DNA of 50,517 bases from Methanosarcinales archaeon (GTDB lineage Archaea > Halobacteriota > Syntropharchaeia > Alkanophagales > Methanospirareceae), in contig JAODGL010000021.1 in NCBI GenBank assembly GCA_025464585.1, forward strand, positions 7,876-58,392, written 5' to 3'. Positions 30,143 to 38,658 of the stretch are shown in pieces (position 1 is the first letter of the stretch; the number at the start of each line of letters is the position of its first letter). Below the pieces are notes generated by a model. It was not told where the DNA came from, ran no database searches, and was given only the letters and a program-made list of their open reading frames with translations. A program made the translations under genes and the position numbers.

Positions 30143-31105
30143 CTAACCTATCTCAATTTTACAATAGACAGCAAAATGATCAGATGCCTCTCGGGCATCT
30201 TTGTCTTTAGGTCCAATCTCCCCAGAGTTCATAACATATCGGACGGAGTTGGTCGATTGCAACATATCCTGTGAGATAAGGATATGATCAATCCATACGT
30301 GATGCTGGTAACCCTTAGGATGGCTTACAATAGGATCAGGAAAATCTGCCGTCCAAAGGTTTTTCTTTAATTTAAATTCCTTAGACATCCACCACAGTGC
30401 GTTGTGAAGGATTCCATTGGGATTATAGACAGAGCCCATAGTGGTTTCCACGAAGCTTCTTCCGATCATCATTTCGAAAGAGTCCAAGCCCGGGCCGTCA
30501 TTCATGTCCCCCATTACTACAACCGGAAGAGGTTTCTGCTCTTGGAGCAACTGATCTATGCGACTCCGGAGCTTGAGTGCCTGACCCACAAGACGTTTAC
30601 GATTTGCAAGAGCAATCTTTTGGAAATTGTGCAGATCCACCACTGAAAATATCCCTTTGGACTTTGTATGGACTAATATAATCCTAAGCCTGGGGCCACC
30701 TGAACCGATTTCAAATACTGCTTCCAGGGGTTTTCGCTCCCATTTGTACTGCTCTTTCAAACCGTCCTCCTCTATATCTGCTATCCATGGATCGTAGAAG
30801 GAGAAGGCGCCGTCGATAGATTTGATCGTAAATGGGTCCCGGTAGTAGAAAACAAGATTCTGACTACCCCTACTGACTCCTTGAGCGAGCTGATAGCCTG
30901 AGCCGGATAGGTAATTCTCAATAAAGTGCTTGTGTTCGTCGGGAGAATTCGCCGCCTCACAGATCCCCAACACATGCGGATTTATGTCCTGGATTATCTT
31001 AGCGATCTTCTGCGCACGTTCTCGCTTACGTGACTTAATAACATTATTCTCAAACATCAAATTCATGTGCTCGATGTTATATGCCATAATGGTAAATTCA
31101 TGCAT
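30143..31105 (-). CDS. Endonuclease/exonuclease/phosphatase (EEP, DNase I-like) family protein
   Basis: The N-terminal FTIMAYNIEHMN (catalytic N/E region), VVVMGDMNDGPG and the C-terminal SDHFAVY are EEP hallmark motifs. Confidence 0.7.
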   Translation of the reverse strand: MHEFTIMAYNIEHMNLMFENNVIKSRKRERAQKIAKIIQDINPHVLGICEAANSPDEHKHFIENYLSGSGYQLAQGVSRGSQNLVFYYRDPFTIKSIDGAFSFYDPWIADIEEDGLKEQYKWERKPLEAVFEIGSGGPRLRIILVHTKSKGIFSVVDLHNFQKIALANRKRLVGQALKLRSRIDQLLQEQKPLPVVVMGDMNDGPGLDSFEMMIGRSFVETTMGSVYNPNGILHNALWWMSKEFKLKKNLWTADFPDPIVSHPKGYQHHVWIDHILISQDMLQSTNSVRYVMNSGEIGPKDKDAREASDHFAVYCKIEIG

Positions 31106-31275
31106 TCTTTACATTCCCCTTTTTTATCTGCTGTTGCCATTTCTTCGTCACTACTAACACCATGTATTTTGTAATAAAAATAGTTATGCATAGCACATAG
31201 TGCAAAAGGCTTTAGGTTATAGAATCTCCATATTCCTTCCTTTTCCCGCAGAAGAGAAAGCGAGAGGATAAAGCG

Positions 31276-31377
31276 ATGCCAAACGATGAAAATTTTATAT
31301 GGAGAGAAAATGAGAAGGAGTTTTTGAGAAATGGTAAACCTGCAGTGTGTCCTTATCAATTATCAATGAAAAGATAA
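31276..31377 (+). CDS. Candidate small ORF (33 aa), unannotated
   Basis: ATG...TAA reading MPNDENFIWRENEKEFLRNGKPAVCPYQLSMKR. No homolog recognised. The support is very weak. Confidence 0.15.
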   Translation: MPNDENFIWRENEKEFLRNGKPAVCPYQLSMKR

Positions 31378-31394
31378 AATGGAGGAACGTTAAA

Positions 31395-31602
31395 ATGCCT
31401 AAAAAACGAAGGGGTAATGATCCTGATCCAGATCGTACCGGTAAAAAATACCAAATACCAGTAATTGAACGGGAAGTTACATTCACACTTGATGACGGAA
31501 CAAAGATAAAAAGATGGTCGGTTTGAAGTCGAACAGATGCAAGTATGCAGCCTTAAAGGAACAGACCCAGTTGAGTTGATGATAGAAAAAATATGGAAAT
31601 AA
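31395..31602 (+). CDS. Candidate small gene, present as a 43-aa ORF (31395-31526) plus a 21-aa ORF (31537-31602). Removing one A from the A5 run at 31508-31512 would join them into a 68-aa ORF.
   Basis: A GGAGGA motif lies 8 nt upstream of the ATG. The joined reading is MPKKRRGNDPDPDRTGKKYQIPVIEREVTFTLDDGTKIKDGRFEVEQMQVCSLKGTDPVELMIEKIWK. Its stop overlaps the start of the downstream Ubl gene (ATGGAAATAA). Confidence 0.25.
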
Positions 31603-31811
31603 AAGTGAAAATTGTTGCAGATAAAGAAGAGGAGAAGAAAGTAGAAGTCCTGCGAGATGATACATACGAGAACGTATTAGAAAAACTGGATATAAACCCC
31701 GTGGAGGTTGTTGTACTTCGTGAGGGTAAGCCAGTTCCCGAGGATGAAAAAGTTGATATTAATAAAGGAGAAATAGATATAATGGTCATCAGGATTGTAT
31801 CTGGAGGATGA
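31593..31811 (+). CDS. ThiS/MoaD-type ubiquitin-like beta-grasp protein (SAMP-like) with a C-terminal Gly-Gly
   Basis: 72 aa ending ...IRIVSGG-stop. The pattern MEIKVK...TYENVLEKLDINPVEVVVLREGKPV...GEIDI fits the ThiS/MoaD fold. Confidence 0.7.
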   Translation: MEIKVKIVADKEEEKKVEVLRDDTYENVLEKLDINPVEVVVLREGKPVPEDEKVDINKGEIDIMVIRIVSGG

Positions 31812-33205
31812 GAAAGATGGCACATGATACAGAGATAAGCGCAAGCATAGTACAAAAGGCGAAGACAGCGAAAGATGCTGCACTTAAATTGGCTACTGCT
31901 ACTACCGATGAGAAGGACAAAGCCTTGCTTAGAATTGCAGATTCGATTGATAAGAACCGGGAACGAATACTTACGGCGAATGAAAAGGATGTCGAAGTTG
32001 CATCCGGCTTAACAAAGGAAGGAAAACTGCCTAAATCGCTTCTCGAACGCTTAAAATTGGATAAATCGAAGATAGACGAGATAATAAAAAGTGTACGAGA
32101 TGTAGCGAAATTAGAAGACCCGGTTGGCAAAACACTGTCTGCAATCGAGTTAGATAAAGACCTGGAGCTTTTTCAGGTCTCTTGCCCCATCGGTGTTATC
32201 GGTGCGATATTCGAATCAAGACCGGATGTCCTGGTTCAGATTTCCTCGCTCTGTCTGAAGACCGGCAATGCAGTAATGCTGAAAGGAGGCTCAGAGGCAC
32301 GTAATTCGAATGCCGTTCTATTTGATGTGGTCACAGAGGCATCAGTATCCGCAGGAATGCCCGCAGGCTGGGTTCAATTACTTGAAACGAGAGAGGATGT
32401 AAATGAGATGTTAAAGTTGAATGAATATATAGACCTCTTAGTGCCTCGTGGCAGTGAACAATTTGTGCGGTATATCCAGAATAACACCAGCATCATGGTT
32501 TTAGGACATTCTGAGGGTGTATGCCACGTTTATGTTGACCGGGATGCCGACCTGAGTATGGCAGAGGATATATGCTATGATGCTAAGGTTCAATACCCTG
32601 CGGTGTGCAACGCTGCGGAGACCCTACTTGTGGATTCAGAAATTGCAAGCGAATTTCTACCACGGATGGTTGCTCGGTATCAGAAAGCGGGTGTCGAGGT
32701 CAGGGGCTGCCCCAAAACGCTGGCTTTTTTGGATAAATTCAATACGGTGGAACAGATAAAGCACGCATCAGAAGCGGACTGGCATACCGAGTATAATGAT
32801 TTGATCATCTCTATCAAAGTGGTTGATGGTGTGGATGAGGCAATCGAGCACATCAATCATTACGGGTCAGGACATACAGACGCAATCGTCACGGAGAATA
32901 AAAGAACAGCGCTTAAGTTCATGCAGTTTGTTGATTCATCCTCGGTAATGCATAACGCTTCCACACGGTTCAGCGACGGATTCAGGTATGGTAAGGGCGC
33001 TGAAGTGGGTATAAGCACGTATAAGGTGCATGCAAGAGGTCCTGTGGGATTGGAAGGGTTGGTTATCTATAAGTATTTATTGTTCGGCAGGGGGCATGCA
33101 GTGGCTCCGTATATAGGCACCAATGCGAAGGAATTCACTCATAAACCCCTTCCAAAGGACTTTTCTTTCTTTCCAACATCGCTTTTATCTTCTTTAATCT
33201 TGTGA
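31808..33205 (+). CDS. proA: Gamma-glutamyl phosphate reductase (glutamate-5-semialdehyde dehydrogenase)
   Basis: The aldehyde-dehydrogenase-type core (IFESRPDV, MLKGGSEA, CNAAETLLV, HINHYGSGHTDAIVT). The start ATG overlaps the Ubl stop (ATGA). Confidence 0.9.
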   Translation: MRKMAHDTEISASIVQKAKTAKDAALKLATATTDEKDKALLRIADSIDKNRERILTANEKDVEVASGLTKEGKLPKSLLERLKLDKSKIDEIIKSVRDVAKLEDPVGKTLSAIELDKDLELFQVSCPIGVIGAIFESRPDVLVQISSLCLKTGNAVMLKGGSEARNSNAVLFDVVTEASVSAGMPAGWVQLLETREDVNEMLKLNEYIDLLVPRGSEQFVRYIQNNTSIMVLGHSEGVCHVYVDRDADLSMAEDICYDAKVQYPAVCNAAETLLVDSEIASEFLPRMVARYQKAGVEVRGCPKTLAFLDKFNTVEQIKHASEADWHTEYNDLIISIKVVDGVDEAIEHINHYGSGHTDAIVTENKRTALKFMQFVDSSSVMHNASTRFSDGFRYGKGAEVGISTYKVHARGPVGLEGLVIYKYLLFGRGHAVAPYIGTNAKEFTHKPLPKDFSFFPTSLLSSLIL

Positions 33206-33815
33206 AATTCTCACGTTCCATCTCCTCCAATCTCATCCGTATGTATTTCCTCGTCGCTTTCAATCTCGGAATCATTATATATTCAAGTGCATTAACGCGC
33301 CTTTTTGTCTTCTCCACTTCAACAGCAAGATTCCTCACTGCTTCTTCGAGCTCTGCAAGCTTTATTATCTTTTCCAACGCTTCTTCAAAGCTTTTTGCAC
33401 TCATATCCAGCGCGACTGACGATTCCATAAAACCATATCCACGTTCCGTAACTTTCCTTGCTAATTTATTCTCCAATTCCAGGATAGGCATATGCACACC
33501 CATTATACCGCGAGAAGAGAAAGCCAGTTCGATCTCTCGTGATGTCATCAAAGACAACTGCCTTACCTGCTCAACGCCCAATCGCGCCTGAGCAATGATT
33601 AAAAAATTAAAAGCCTCTTCTAACTTTGCTTCCACTTCTTTCCTCGCTTCCTTTACTTCGCCCACCACGTCCAGGAATTCAGCAATAAGCGCATCGCGTT
33701 TTTCACGCAGTAAGTCATGCCCTTTCTCCGCTAATTTCTCTCTTCTACTCAGCCTCAACAATTCCATCCTTGTCGGGCTTACACCTTCTATTATTTCAGG
33801 CATAATCAGTTCCAA
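33135..33815 (-). CDS. atpD: A/V-type ATP synthase subunit D
   Basis: PTRMELLRLSRREKLAEKGHDLLREKRDALIAEF is the canonical subunit D N-terminus. Length is 226 aa. Confidence 0.85.
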   Translation of the reverse strand: MELIMPEIIEGVSPTRMELLRLSRREKLAEKGHDLLREKRDALIAEFLDVVGEVKEARKEVEAKLEEAFNFLIIAQARLGVEQVRQLSLMTSREIELAFSSRGIMGVHMPILELENKLARKVTERGYGFMESSVALDMSAKSFEEALEKIIKLAELEEAVRNLAVEVEKTKRRVNALEYIMIPRLKATRKYIRMRLEEMERENFTRLKKIKAMLERKKSPLEGVYE

Positions 33816-33836
33816 ACGTAAGATGATAAAAGTATT

Positions 33837-34427
33837 TTATACATCCGCGCCAATGCCTTTCTCCACGAGATAAATCCCATCTTGAAAGACCCTGGGGTCA
33901 TAACCCTTTATCCTCGTTATCTGCTCTATATTCGCGGCAGTCTGTCCAACCGCCTCCTTATCTATTCCAGAAACTACTATATCTCCTCCTTTACCCTTTA
34001 TTTCCACTTTCACACCTGCTTCGACCTTTGCTATCCTCGGTTTTCTTTCGCCTAAGAAGTTTGAGACCGAGACGCTCTTTCCCTCTTTTGTTACCGCTAC
34101 CTGCATAGGAAAATGAGCATGCACAACTTTCAACTTATAAAAAAAACCTTCTTTTACACCTGTAATCATATTCTTGAGATGCGATGCGTAAGTTCCCGCC
34201 ATTGCCCTTTCTTCCTTCCTCGTAGAATCGGCATTTATAACAATCTCGTTGCTGCCAGTATCGCGCTTCTCTATCTGTATATGCAGCCCCGGATGCCACA
34301 ATTCCCGCTCTATCCCTCCTTTTGGACCTTCCACCTTCACACTTCTCCCATTTATTGTGACGTTCACACCTTCAGGGATTGGAATACAGATGTTGATGCC
34401 TGCTTCCTTCTCCACTGATTTTGTCAT
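33837..34427 (-). CDS. rpl6: 50S ribosomal protein L6 (uL6)
   Basis: Two-domain uL6 pattern: IPEGVNVTINGRSVKVEGPKG, KLKVVHAHFP and the C-terminal GIY. Length is 196 aa. Confidence 0.9.
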   Translation of the reverse strand: MTKSVEKEAGINICIPIPEGVNVTINGRSVKVEGPKGGIERELWHPGLHIQIEKRDTGSNEIVINADSTRKEERAMAGTYASHLKNMITGVKEGFFYKLKVVHAHFPMQVAVTKEGKSVSVSNFLGERKPRIAKVEAGVKVEIKGKGGDIVVSGIDKEAVGQTAANIEQITRIKGYDPRVFQDGIYLVEKGIGADV

Positions 34428-34506
34428 CTTTCCCTTCCCTCCTTTATTTTGTTTAGAGTAAAATTAAATAGAGATTTTGTATTTAAAATTAAAAGAAACG
34501 GAGAAG

Positions 34507-35724
34507 ATGATAAAGAAGCTAAAAGAGGTGAAAGAAAAGAAGGATTTTTTCAACAGAATACTTGATATAGCGGCAGTTATGCCGGTGGTAGAAGAAATAA
34601 TCGCAGAAGTAAAGAATAGAGGCGATGCAGCATTGCGTGAATACACCGAGAAATTTGACGCTGTGAGACTAAAGGAAATAGAAGTGAGTAAGGAAGAGAT
34701 TGGCGATGCAAAGAGGAGCGTGGATGGGAATATGTTAAGATGTCTCGAAGAAGCATCCGCAGCGATCACAAATTTCCATTACCGGCAGAAGAGCCAGGCA
34801 GGGATAGAAGAGTCCAATTTCATCTCCGATAAGTATGTTCCTCTTGACTTGGTAGGCGCTTATGTGCCGGCAACATATTTCAGCACCGCTTTGATGTGCG
34901 TGATTCCAGCGAGGATAGCGGGTGTAAGAGATATAGTAGTGTGCACACCACCGGGAAAGGATGGGAATACGGACCCGCTTACGTTAGTTGCTGCTGAACT
35001 CGCAGGGGCGACGAGAATATTTAAGGTGGGTGGTGCACAGGCAATTGCTGCTCTCGCCTTTGGGACCGAAACTATTCCGGGGGTGCAAAAAATAGTGGGA
35101 CCCGGAAATGTATATGTAACCGCGGCGAAGATGGCGGTTCGCAGCGAAGGCGTGGAGATAGATTTTCCCGCAGGTCCTTCTGAAATCTTAATAATCGGCG
35201 ATGAGACTGCGAATCCCGCATTCGTTGCCGCAGATATGCTTGCGCAGGCAGAGCATGGTGAACACTCAAGAGCTGTTCTTCTTACGGATTCCGCAAAGGT
35301 GGCAACAGAAGTGGAGCGTGAAATTATGGCAGAGGAGAGCAATACATCACAGAATTGGATACTAATCGGGGATAGCATGGACGAGTGCATCAAATTTGCG
35401 AACGAATATGCGCCTGAACACCTGGAGATAATGGTAAAAAACCCGGAAGAGATATTGGAACAGGTGCAGAATGCGGGAACCGTTTTCGTGGGTTCTTATT
35501 CGCCAGTTGCCGCAGGCGATTATGCAACGGGAGCAAATCATGTGCTTCCAACTGCGGGCTACGCAAAGCTCTTCTCTGGGCTTGATGTTCACCATTTTAT
35601 GCGTCGGATGACCGTGCAGAGGTTGGATAAGAAAGAGTTAGAGAAAATAAAGGACGTAGTGGTGATGTTATCCAAAGCAGAGGGTATGGAAAAGCATGCG
35701 CGGTCGATAGAGGTGAGGGTCTAA
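34507..35724 (+). CDS. hisD: Histidinol dehydrogenase
   Basis: VGAYVPA, KVGGAQAIAALAFGTE, VGPGNVYVTAAK, AGPSEILII, AQAEHGE and ANEYAPEHLE motifs. The ATG at 34507 is preferred. Confidence 0.95.
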   Translation: MIKKLKEVKEKKDFFNRILDIAAVMPVVEEIIAEVKNRGDAALREYTEKFDAVRLKEIEVSKEEIGDAKRSVDGNMLRCLEEASAAITNFHYRQKSQAGIEESNFISDKYVPLDLVGAYVPATYFSTALMCVIPARIAGVRDIVVCTPPGKDGNTDPLTLVAAELAGATRIFKVGGAQAIAALAFGTETIPGVQKIVGPGNVYVTAAKMAVRSEGVEIDFPAGPSEILIIGDETANPAFVAADMLAQAEHGEHSRAVLLTDSAKVATEVEREIMAEESNTSQNWILIGDSMDECIKFANEYAPEHLEIMVKNPEEILEQVQNAGTVFVGSYSPVAAGDYATGANHVLPTAGYAKLFSGLDVHHFMRRMTVQRLDKKELEKIKDVVVMLSKAEGMEKHARSIEVRV

Positions 35725-35763
35725 ATTTTAGTAGTTGTAATGTAGTAATAAATTGGGGGAAAA

Positions 35764-36381
35764 ATGGAAAGAAAAGAGATAGAAGATGCGAAAGATAAGG
35801 AAGAATACATGAGTTACGAAGACTTCCTGGATTTTTGTGACGAAGATACCTTAGCAGAATGGGTAAATGGGAAAATAGAGCGGTATTCGCCAGCATCGTA
35901 TGGACATCAAGATCTTGCAAGGTGGCTTATCTCGCTGCTATCCATTTATCTCGAGATAAAGAAATTGGGGGTTATCTGCCCTGCACCGTTCCAGATGAAG
36001 ACAGGGCGTGATTTACCGGGAAGAGAGCCGGATATAATTTTTCTCAAAAACGAGAATCTGGGTATGCTCAAGGAGACATATCTTGACGGTCCAGCAGACC
36101 TCGCGATTGAAATTGTATCAGAAGAGAGCCTATTGAGGGACAGGGGTGAAAAATTTGCAGAATACGAAATCGGAGGTGTGAAGGAATACTGGATACTGGA
36201 CCCTGGTTTGAAGAGAGCGGATTTCTTCATTTTGAAAGAGGGGCGGTATGAGAGGTGCGTGGAAGATGAGCTTGGAGTCTATCGCTCTGAAGTCATACAG
36301 GGATTTTGGATAAAAGTTGCATGGCTGTGGAATTTACCACCGGTTCTGGACGTATTGAAAGAATTGGGGTTGATAAACTGA
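35764..36381 (+). CDS. Uma2-family (DUF820) PD-(D/E)xK endonuclease-like protein
   Basis: PDIIFL..., ADLAIEIVSEES, KFAEYEIGGVKEYWILDP is the typical Uma2 motif order. Confidence 0.7.
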   Translation: MERKEIEDAKDKEEYMSYEDFLDFCDEDTLAEWVNGKIERYSPASYGHQDLARWLISLLSIYLEIKKLGVICPAPFQMKTGRDLPGREPDIIFLKNENLGMLKETYLDGPADLAIEIVSEESLLRDRGEKFAEYEIGGVKEYWILDPGLKRADFFILKEGRYERCVEDELGVYRSEVIQGFWIKVAWLWNLPPVLDVLKELGLIN

Positions 36382-37454
36382 CATCCTCTCCGCCCTGAAG
36401 GGCGAAGGTTCCACACGAACCATGAGGTTGAGGAGTGTGTTCTAAGCGCTCCTCTTCGAGCCATACCAGCGTGGCTCCTGCTCCTGAGACCTGCCCAAGA
36501 GCCCGCAACGCTATGTTCAGCGCTGCGTTCCTATCCGCATTCTCTTCTTTACCACACCGCTCACATATAAACCTCCCCTGTGTTTCCCTTTCCCCTTCCT
36601 CGCCACACAGCCAGTGCTCTTTCGATGTACCTCGTTCTGAGACACTCAGAACCGGTATATTCATCTCTTTCGCCTTGTACTCTATGAATCGTCTCAGTGT
36701 GTAGTATGGCGTCGAATTCTTCTTCCGATTACCTTTCCTGCCAAAGTTATTTCTGTTTATCCCTTTCAAATCGCCTATTGCAATTATTGCATTTCTCTCC
36801 TTCGCTAAATTCACTATCTCACGACTTATCTTATGTAGTTTATCTCTTGTTAGCTGCCGTTCCTTTTTCCCTATCTTCTTTATTGCTCGTCTCTTCTTTA
36901 GTTGCCCCAGCTTTCTCCTCATATAAAAGTATCTTCCTCTTATCGCCCTCAGCTCCTTATCATAGAATTTTGTCTTCCTGTCAGATAGAGAAACGACCGT
37001 AGCGATGTTCTTCACACCTAAGTCAATCCCAATGATTTCGTTGTACTCACAATCCTCTTCCGCTTCAGGTGTCTCTACTACGAGATGGATGTACCAGTTA
37101 TCACGTTTTCTCACTAATAGCCCCTGCCTGATCTCCCAGTCATCTTTAATTTCTTCAGCCGGTGCTATCGGTAGCCATATACCGCCTTGCTTACCATGAA
37201 CCGGGAATCTAAGCCAGTACGGCGTTAAGACAGTATCTCGCTTCTCCACTTTTATAACATCTCGCCGTAGGATTAGCGGATATTCGCTCTGTTTACCATT
37301 AATCTTCTTCCTTAACCGTTCTGCCTGCTGCTTCGTTGCTGAATACAGTGGTACGTCTTCACCTTTCAGGGCACGCTGGAAGTTATCGTATTCTCGCTTT
37401 AGAAATAGCCACTTATCGCGGTTTTATCACCTTTGCTACAAGCGTCTTCTTCAT
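36293..37454 (-). mobile_element. tnpB: IS200/IS605-family (IS1341-like) tnpB-only element. tnpB is disrupted by a frameshift after codon 10-13, and no tnpA is present.
   Basis: RuvC-I is IGIDLGVKN and RuvC-III is NADRNAALNIA. The Zn-finger part is RFICERCG. ATG 37454 reads MKKTLVAKVIKPR-stop. Removing one T from the plus-strand T4 run at 37422-37425 joins it to the 376-codon main frame (VINRDKWLFLKREYDNFQ...). Confidence 0.8.
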
Positions 37455-37575
37455 GTGACACACCCGATATTAATAAGAGAAACATACTATACTAAATATT
37501 TAAGTATCGCATTCATCCCCACCTGAAGGCTTTCTGCGTAGTGTATGGTAAAAGGTTAAAAACGGTGAGAAAAGA

Positions 37576-38658
37576 ATGAAATCGCAAGTTACATATACAG
37601 AAGCGGGGGTTGATACAGAAAAAGAGGAGATTGCATTAAAGCGATTACTCTCGCATGTGGGAAAAACCCTCACATTCAGAAAGGATATAGGTTCAGATAA
37701 ACTCGGTATAGGTTATTTTGCGAATGTAATTGAGGTTGGGCAAGGGATAGGTTTAGCGGTAGCTACGGATGGTGTTGGAACAAAAATTCTCATTGCTCAA
37801 ATGATGGACAAATATGATACCATAGGAATAGATTGCATTGCGATGAATGTTAATGATATTCTCTGTGTGGGTGCAGAACCCATTTCAATGCTTGATTATA
37901 TTGCAGTTCGGAACCCAAATCCTGATTTAATGGAAGAAATAGGAAAAGGGCTTGCTAAGGGTGCGGAAATTGCTAATATAACCATCCCCAGTGGTGAAAT
38001 AGCTCAGTTAAAAGATATGATAAGAGGAGAAAGAGAAAATTATGAATTTGACTTAGTAGGTACCGCGATAGGTAAAGTTCCACTTGATAAAATAATTGCA
38101 GGGCAAAACATTAGAGAGAACGATGTAATTATAGGTCTAAGGAGTAGCGGAATCCATAGTAATGGATTGTCCTTAGCCCGCCGCATTTTTCCAGAAGGAA
38201 TGAATAAGTATTTTGACGAATTAGGAAAAACTCTCGGTGAGGAACTGTTGGAACCAACACACATCTATGTTCCAGAGATTATGGAAATGATAAATTCTAA
38301 TTTAGATATAAAGGCGTTAATACACATAACTGGTGATGGACTTTTAAATTTAAACAGGGTTGTCAGCTCTGATGCAGGTTTTGTAATAGAATATCTTCCG
38401 GAACCACCCGCCATTTTTACACTATTACAAAAATATGGCAATGTCACAGATGAAGAGATGTTTAGAGTATTCAATATGGGTATAGGATTTTGTGTTATAT
38501 TGCCCGGGGATGAAGCTGAAGCAGCTATCGAAATCGCAAGCTCGCATAATGTGGATGCTTTTAGACTGGGCTATGCTGTTAAAGACCCGAAGAAGCAAGT
38601 TTTTATCAGACCTAAAAGACTGAGGGGGGAAGGAAAAAAATTCTATAAGGAGAATTAA
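37576..38658 (+). CDS. purM: Phosphoribosylformylglycinamidine cyclo-ligase (AIR synthetase)
   Basis: YTEAGVD, ATDGVGTK, DCIAMNVNDILCVGAEP, SSGIHSNGLSLAR and HITGDG motifs. Confidence 0.95.
   Translation: MKSQVTYTEAGVDTEKEEIALKRLLSHVGKTLTFRKDIGSDKLGIGYFANVIEVGQGIGLAVATDGVGTKILIAQMMDKYDTIGIDCIAMNVNDILCVGAEPISMLDYIAVRNPNPDLMEEIGKGLAKGAEIANITIPSGEIAQLKDMIRGERENYEFDLVGTAIGKVPLDKIIAGQNIRENDVIIGLRSSGIHSNGLSLARRIFPEGMNKYFDELGKTLGEELLEPTHIYVPEIMEMINSNLDIKALIHITGDGLLNLNRVVSSDAGFVIEYLPEPPAIFTLLQKYGNVTDEEMFRVFNMGIGFCVILPGDEAEAAIEIASSHNVDAFRLGYAVKDPKKQVFIRPKRLRGEGKKFYKEN

Noticed and set aside
31570-31660. C/D-box sRNA suggested by TGATGA at 31577-31582
   Set aside because: There are no properly spaced D', C' and D (CTGA) boxes and no terminal stem. 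The region is better explained by the small ORF end and the Ubl start.
31063-31883. Minus-strand ORFs of 60-113 aa across the EEP-Ubl spacer and the Ubl/proA 5' region
   Set aside because: They have no start context and a hydrophobic nonsense composition. They overlap better candidates on the plus strand.
37455-37575. Left-end hairpin of the tnpB element; CCCACCTGAAGGC at about 37516-37528 resembles the right-end CCGCCCTGAAGGGCG
   Set aside because: The shared core is only about 8 nt (CCTGAAGG) and the left copy does not fold into a comparable stem. I cannot define the left boundary from sequence alone.
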